Position numbers and translations under genes: made by a program
The notes under the pieces: generated by a model
Seen by the model: only the letters and a program-made list of their open reading frames with translations
Databases searched by the model: none
Told to the model about the DNA's origin: nothing
Shown: in pieces, positions 61,021 to 64,000 of the stretch
Position numbering within the stretch: position 1 is the first letter of the stretch
Layout of the letters: the number at the start of each line of letters is the position of its first letter
IMG/VR virus record: IMGVR_UViG_3300001528_000360
Span: 64,001-128,000 of that record
Source: a virus
Lineage: Duplodnaviria; Caudoviricetes
Length of the DNA: 64,000 bases
Reading direction: 5' to 3' (one strand)

Positions 61021-63469
61021 TTAACATTCAGGTTCAGGTTCAATGGGATCCTCATTAGGCTTAACATAAGAAAGCATATCTTCTAAATACGGAGTAACAG
61101 AATCCATTAAAGTCTTCTTAAGTTCATCACTTTCATTGAAGCATTCCCTGAATTTTCTACTATCAAATTTAATATCTTTATTAGTCTTAAAATATCTATA
61201 GGGATTACGACCATCAATCATATTATTATCAGAAGCAAACTGATAAAGAGTTAAAATAGGATCAAATCCAGTTAATTGATTATAAATTAAATTACATGAT
61301 TGTCCAGACTTATTAGAACGAGATTTAATTAATTCAGCTCGAACCATAAATCCATCAAATCCATCATCTTCTTTTTTAAACTTAGTAGAAGATACAAATT
61401 TAATTAATGTATTAGCATAATATAAAGGAGCGGTACCACCTGGATGTAGGTACATTTATATATGTTTCCATATAAAACAGACTATATCTTCATTTTATAT
61501 TCTATTACCAAATATAAAATGCTCTCCACTTCCACTCTCTATACAGAGTGTACTCTACTTGCTTCTTCTCATAGATATTTCTTCTATGATATGCTTTCGA
61601 TAGTCGTTGAACTTTCTAGTAATTATAATTATTACAAATAAATTTCCATCTTTCTTTTTTATATATTTTTCTTAGAGAATTAATATTTGAAGCTGTTACG
61701 GGTAATGATAAATATTCTAGACAATGAATACAGTGTTGTCTTAAACTTTCATTATCATCTTTAGAATTATTCTGAAAATATTTACATATATTATGAATAT
61801 CATCAAATGAAAATACTTTAGATATTTTTTCAGTTTTAAAATCTAAATTATATTTAGATGATATTTCTTTCCATGCTCTACCTTGTTTAATAGATTCTAC
61901 AATTCCTACAGTTGTTCCAACAAGTTTAGCAATATCCTTTTGCATATACATTCTGGATTCTAGATATTTGCATATTTGTTCAGCTTGTTGTGTAGTGATA
62001 GTTGCACAACAATGTGATTCGCTATGTGCAGGATGTAATAAACCAGAATCTCTAGCATGAATAGAATTACCTTTAATATCAGTCCATTCTAAATTATATA
62101 AAAATGAATTTAATTTATTACCATCTAAATGATTTACTACTTTTCCTTTATAATCATCTAATGGATTAAAAACCATCATTAGTATTCTATGTAATGTAAC
62201 ATCTCGTTGTCTAGTTGTTTTACATGCACATGTAAATACATAATAACCGGTATGTTTATTAACTTTCATTTTTAAGATCTTTTTACTAATAAGACTGTAC
62301 ACTCTAGAATAATTAGATATATAATACCCGTCTTTTATATCTGGAATTTCATTCTCTGTAATTGGTAGAAATATTTCAAGTGGAAATTTTTCTAAAGAAT
62401 CTAATTCTTTATTTTGAGATACATTAAATTTTTTAATATATGACTCAATATCTTTAATCATAATAATAATTCTCCTTGTATTTATAACATAATGCATTTA
62501 TTATTATGTTATAAATACATTTTATAATTACTAGCTTAGTTGCGGATTGTCCAATCTTTTAATTTATTACTATACCTTAGATAGTTAGTCTAAGCCACCA
62601 TAATATTACTATTATAGTTTAGTATTAAAAGCTCTAAGGAGTTTCCCGCAGTTCAGAGAGTTTTTTATAGAGTCCCCTCCAGGATTTTATTTAAGGGACT
62701 CATCTTGCTTAAGGTACATAAGTTGTGATTGTGTCTTAGCAAAAGCACTTACTTCAATCTTTACATTGATATGATTAATAGCAAAGATTGTAATATTGTA
62801 TGTTTTAATAATAGGCATAAGACGACTATAAAATTGCTTTAATTGTTTAGCAGCTCTCATAGCATCTGTCTGTCCCTTCATTTCCTCTTCTCCTTCAGTT
62901 TCTCTAGAAGCTAAAGTAGGAATAGAGTCAACGATAACAATAGTAGGGACATATGCTCTGATAGGATTATTAAATTCATCAACATTACCAGTATCATACA
63001 TAAAAGACTTCTTATCAGATTCTTTCATATTAGCAATGCTGATAATACTATCAAAGATATCTTCAATATAATTCTTCTCTTGTCTTAATACAAATTTATT
63101 ATTAAGCTCTTCTTGAGTAGCTCCAGTAATATTTTTAATTCGTGTATAATTCAATGCTTGCTCTAAATCATAACAGAGAACAAAAGCATCATCACTAAAA
63201 TTCTTTACCATATTATATGCACTTTGGAGAACCCAGGTTGTCTTAGCAACACCGGACTTTCCAATAACAGTTACAAATGTACCACCAGTAATACCAATGG
63301 CAGGGTACTCACCAATTAGTTTTTCATTAATATCCATTACCTTAACTTTATATCCATTAAGGTAATCAAATGTGGAGAATCCTGTAGGATAGTTAACTGA
63401 AACCTGAGAAGAATTAAATAATCCTTTCTTATCCTTCTCACGTAATCTATCGAGTAAACGATTTGCCAT
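61021..63469 (-). CDS. recA: RecA/UvsX-like recombinase, 2 exons, ~399 aa spliced
   Basis: Exons 63469-62694 and 61444-61021; Walker A GKSGVAKTT, YDLE, IVDSI, AINH, junction DESL|PGGTAPLYYA, IKSR. Confidence 0.9.
61445..62693 (-). mobile_element. Group I intron (recA) with HNH endonuclease, 1249 nt, apparent terminal A
   Basis: 8-bp P1 GAGUCCCU/GGGGACUC; 6-bp P10 CCUGGA/UCCAGG; last intron nucleotide is A. Confidence 0.93.
61616..62497 (-). CDS. Intron-encoded HNH homing endonuclease (start probably 62461)
   Basis: YYISNYSRV...LHRILM...VNHLDGNKLNSFLYNLEWTD..N..H plus C-terminal HTH. Confidence 0.9.
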   Translation of the reverse strand: MHYVINTRRIIIMIKDIESYIKKFNVSQNKELDSLEKFPLEIFLPITENEIPDIKDGYYISNYSRVYSLISKKILKMKVNKHTGYYVFTCACKTTRQRDVTLHRILMMVFNPLDDYKGKVVNHLDGNKLNSFLYNLEWTDIKGNSIHARDSGLLHPAHSESHCCATITTQQAEQICKYLESRMYMQKDIAKLVGTTVGIVESIKQGRAWKEISSKYNLDFKTEKISKVFSFDDIHNICKYFQNNSKDDNESLRQHCIHCLEYLSLPVTASNINSLRKIYKKERWKFICNNYNY

Positions 63470-63488
63470 ACTCTTTCTCCTTTTTTCA

Positions 63489-63932
63489 TTAATAATATTT
63501 ATGTTTTGGTTTCGAAAAATGTATTGTAAATTTTCGTTGTCTTTTTAATAATTCTCTTGTATATGAGAATCCTTCTTCCGTTAATTTATCTATAAATGCA
63601 GCAACGATCTGATTAAAGAATGCCAGATCATTATCATCAATTTCTAATTCATATATAATTGAAGTCCCTCCACGTAAAGCTTCTTCTTCAGCTTTTAATA
63701 TCATCTTTTTAAATTCTAAATCTCTTATATATAAAATTCTTTCAAATGTATCTACACTTTTATAAATTTTATATAATCTTTCAGCTTCCGGTAATTTCTT
63801 TTTTCTAAATACTTCAAACATGTATATTCCTCCAATTATATAGTTTAATATTTTGTTACTATAAGAATTAAATCTCATTTTTTGAAAAAGAATATCAGAC
63901 ATGTGCGAATAAACGCACATGTCTGATACCAT
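63489..63932 (-). CDS. Hypothetical protein (start probably 63821, MFEVF)
   Basis: GGAGG RBS precedes the internal ATG. Confidence 0.65.
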   Translation of the reverse strand: MVSDMCVYSHMSDILFQKMRFNSYSNKILNYIIGGIYMFEVFRKKKLPEAERLYKIYKSVDTFERILYIRDLEFKKMILKAEEEALRGGTSIIYELEIDDNDLAFFNQIVAAFIDKLTEEGFSYTRELLKRQRKFTIHFSKPKHKYY

Positions 63933-64000
63933 GTATATATAAACAGCACAAACTGTACTGTTGACTATATATTACTTACGGAGAGTCTTTCCGTCTTCTA

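Noticed and set aside
923-63469. Pseudogenes, frameshifts, inteins or group II introns as the cause of fragmented core genes
   Set aside because: Every gap has group I P/Q/R/S cores and a U.G-containing P1, and removal restores the frame; there are no in-frame intein termini, GUGYG ends or reverse transcriptase ORFs
1-64000. Stop-codon reassignment
   Set aside because: Intron-free genes read through fully in code 11, and TAA, TAG and TGA all end genes at sensible positions

Overview
A 64 kb segment of an AT-rich jumbo phage of the AR9/PBS1-phiKZ-type supergroup. The host is probably an anaerobic Bacillota, judging by class III nrdD and strong AGGAGG RBSs. Core genes present: split family-B DNA polymerase (two divergent genes), three multisubunit RNA polymerase chains (betaN, betaC, beta'C) plus a probable sigma-like subunit, portal, primase, SF2 helicase, SbcC/Rad50, NAD-dependent ligase, RecA/UvsX, GroEL-like chaperonin, RNase H, a lytic transglycosylase and tRNA-Ser(TGA). 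Two features stand out. (1) Eighteen related group I introns (about 9.1 kb) interrupt eight core genes, and P1-guided splicing restores the frame and conserved motifs at every junction. Eleven are ORF-less and five carry HNH endonucleases. Two carry passenger genes with no recognisable endonuclease in the P6 loop, and two appear to end in A instead of the usual omega-G. (2) Two non-coding arrays with 36-bp periodicity alternate two 9-bp repeats with unique ~9-bp spacers (27082-27521 and 45418-45516). This is the architecture of TIGR guide-RNA arrays, but no Nop-domain (Tas) gene is visible in the window. AR9-like early (TATATATTAT) and late (AACA-N6-TAA) promoter motifs recur upstream of genes. 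All calls were made by eye; no database searches were run.
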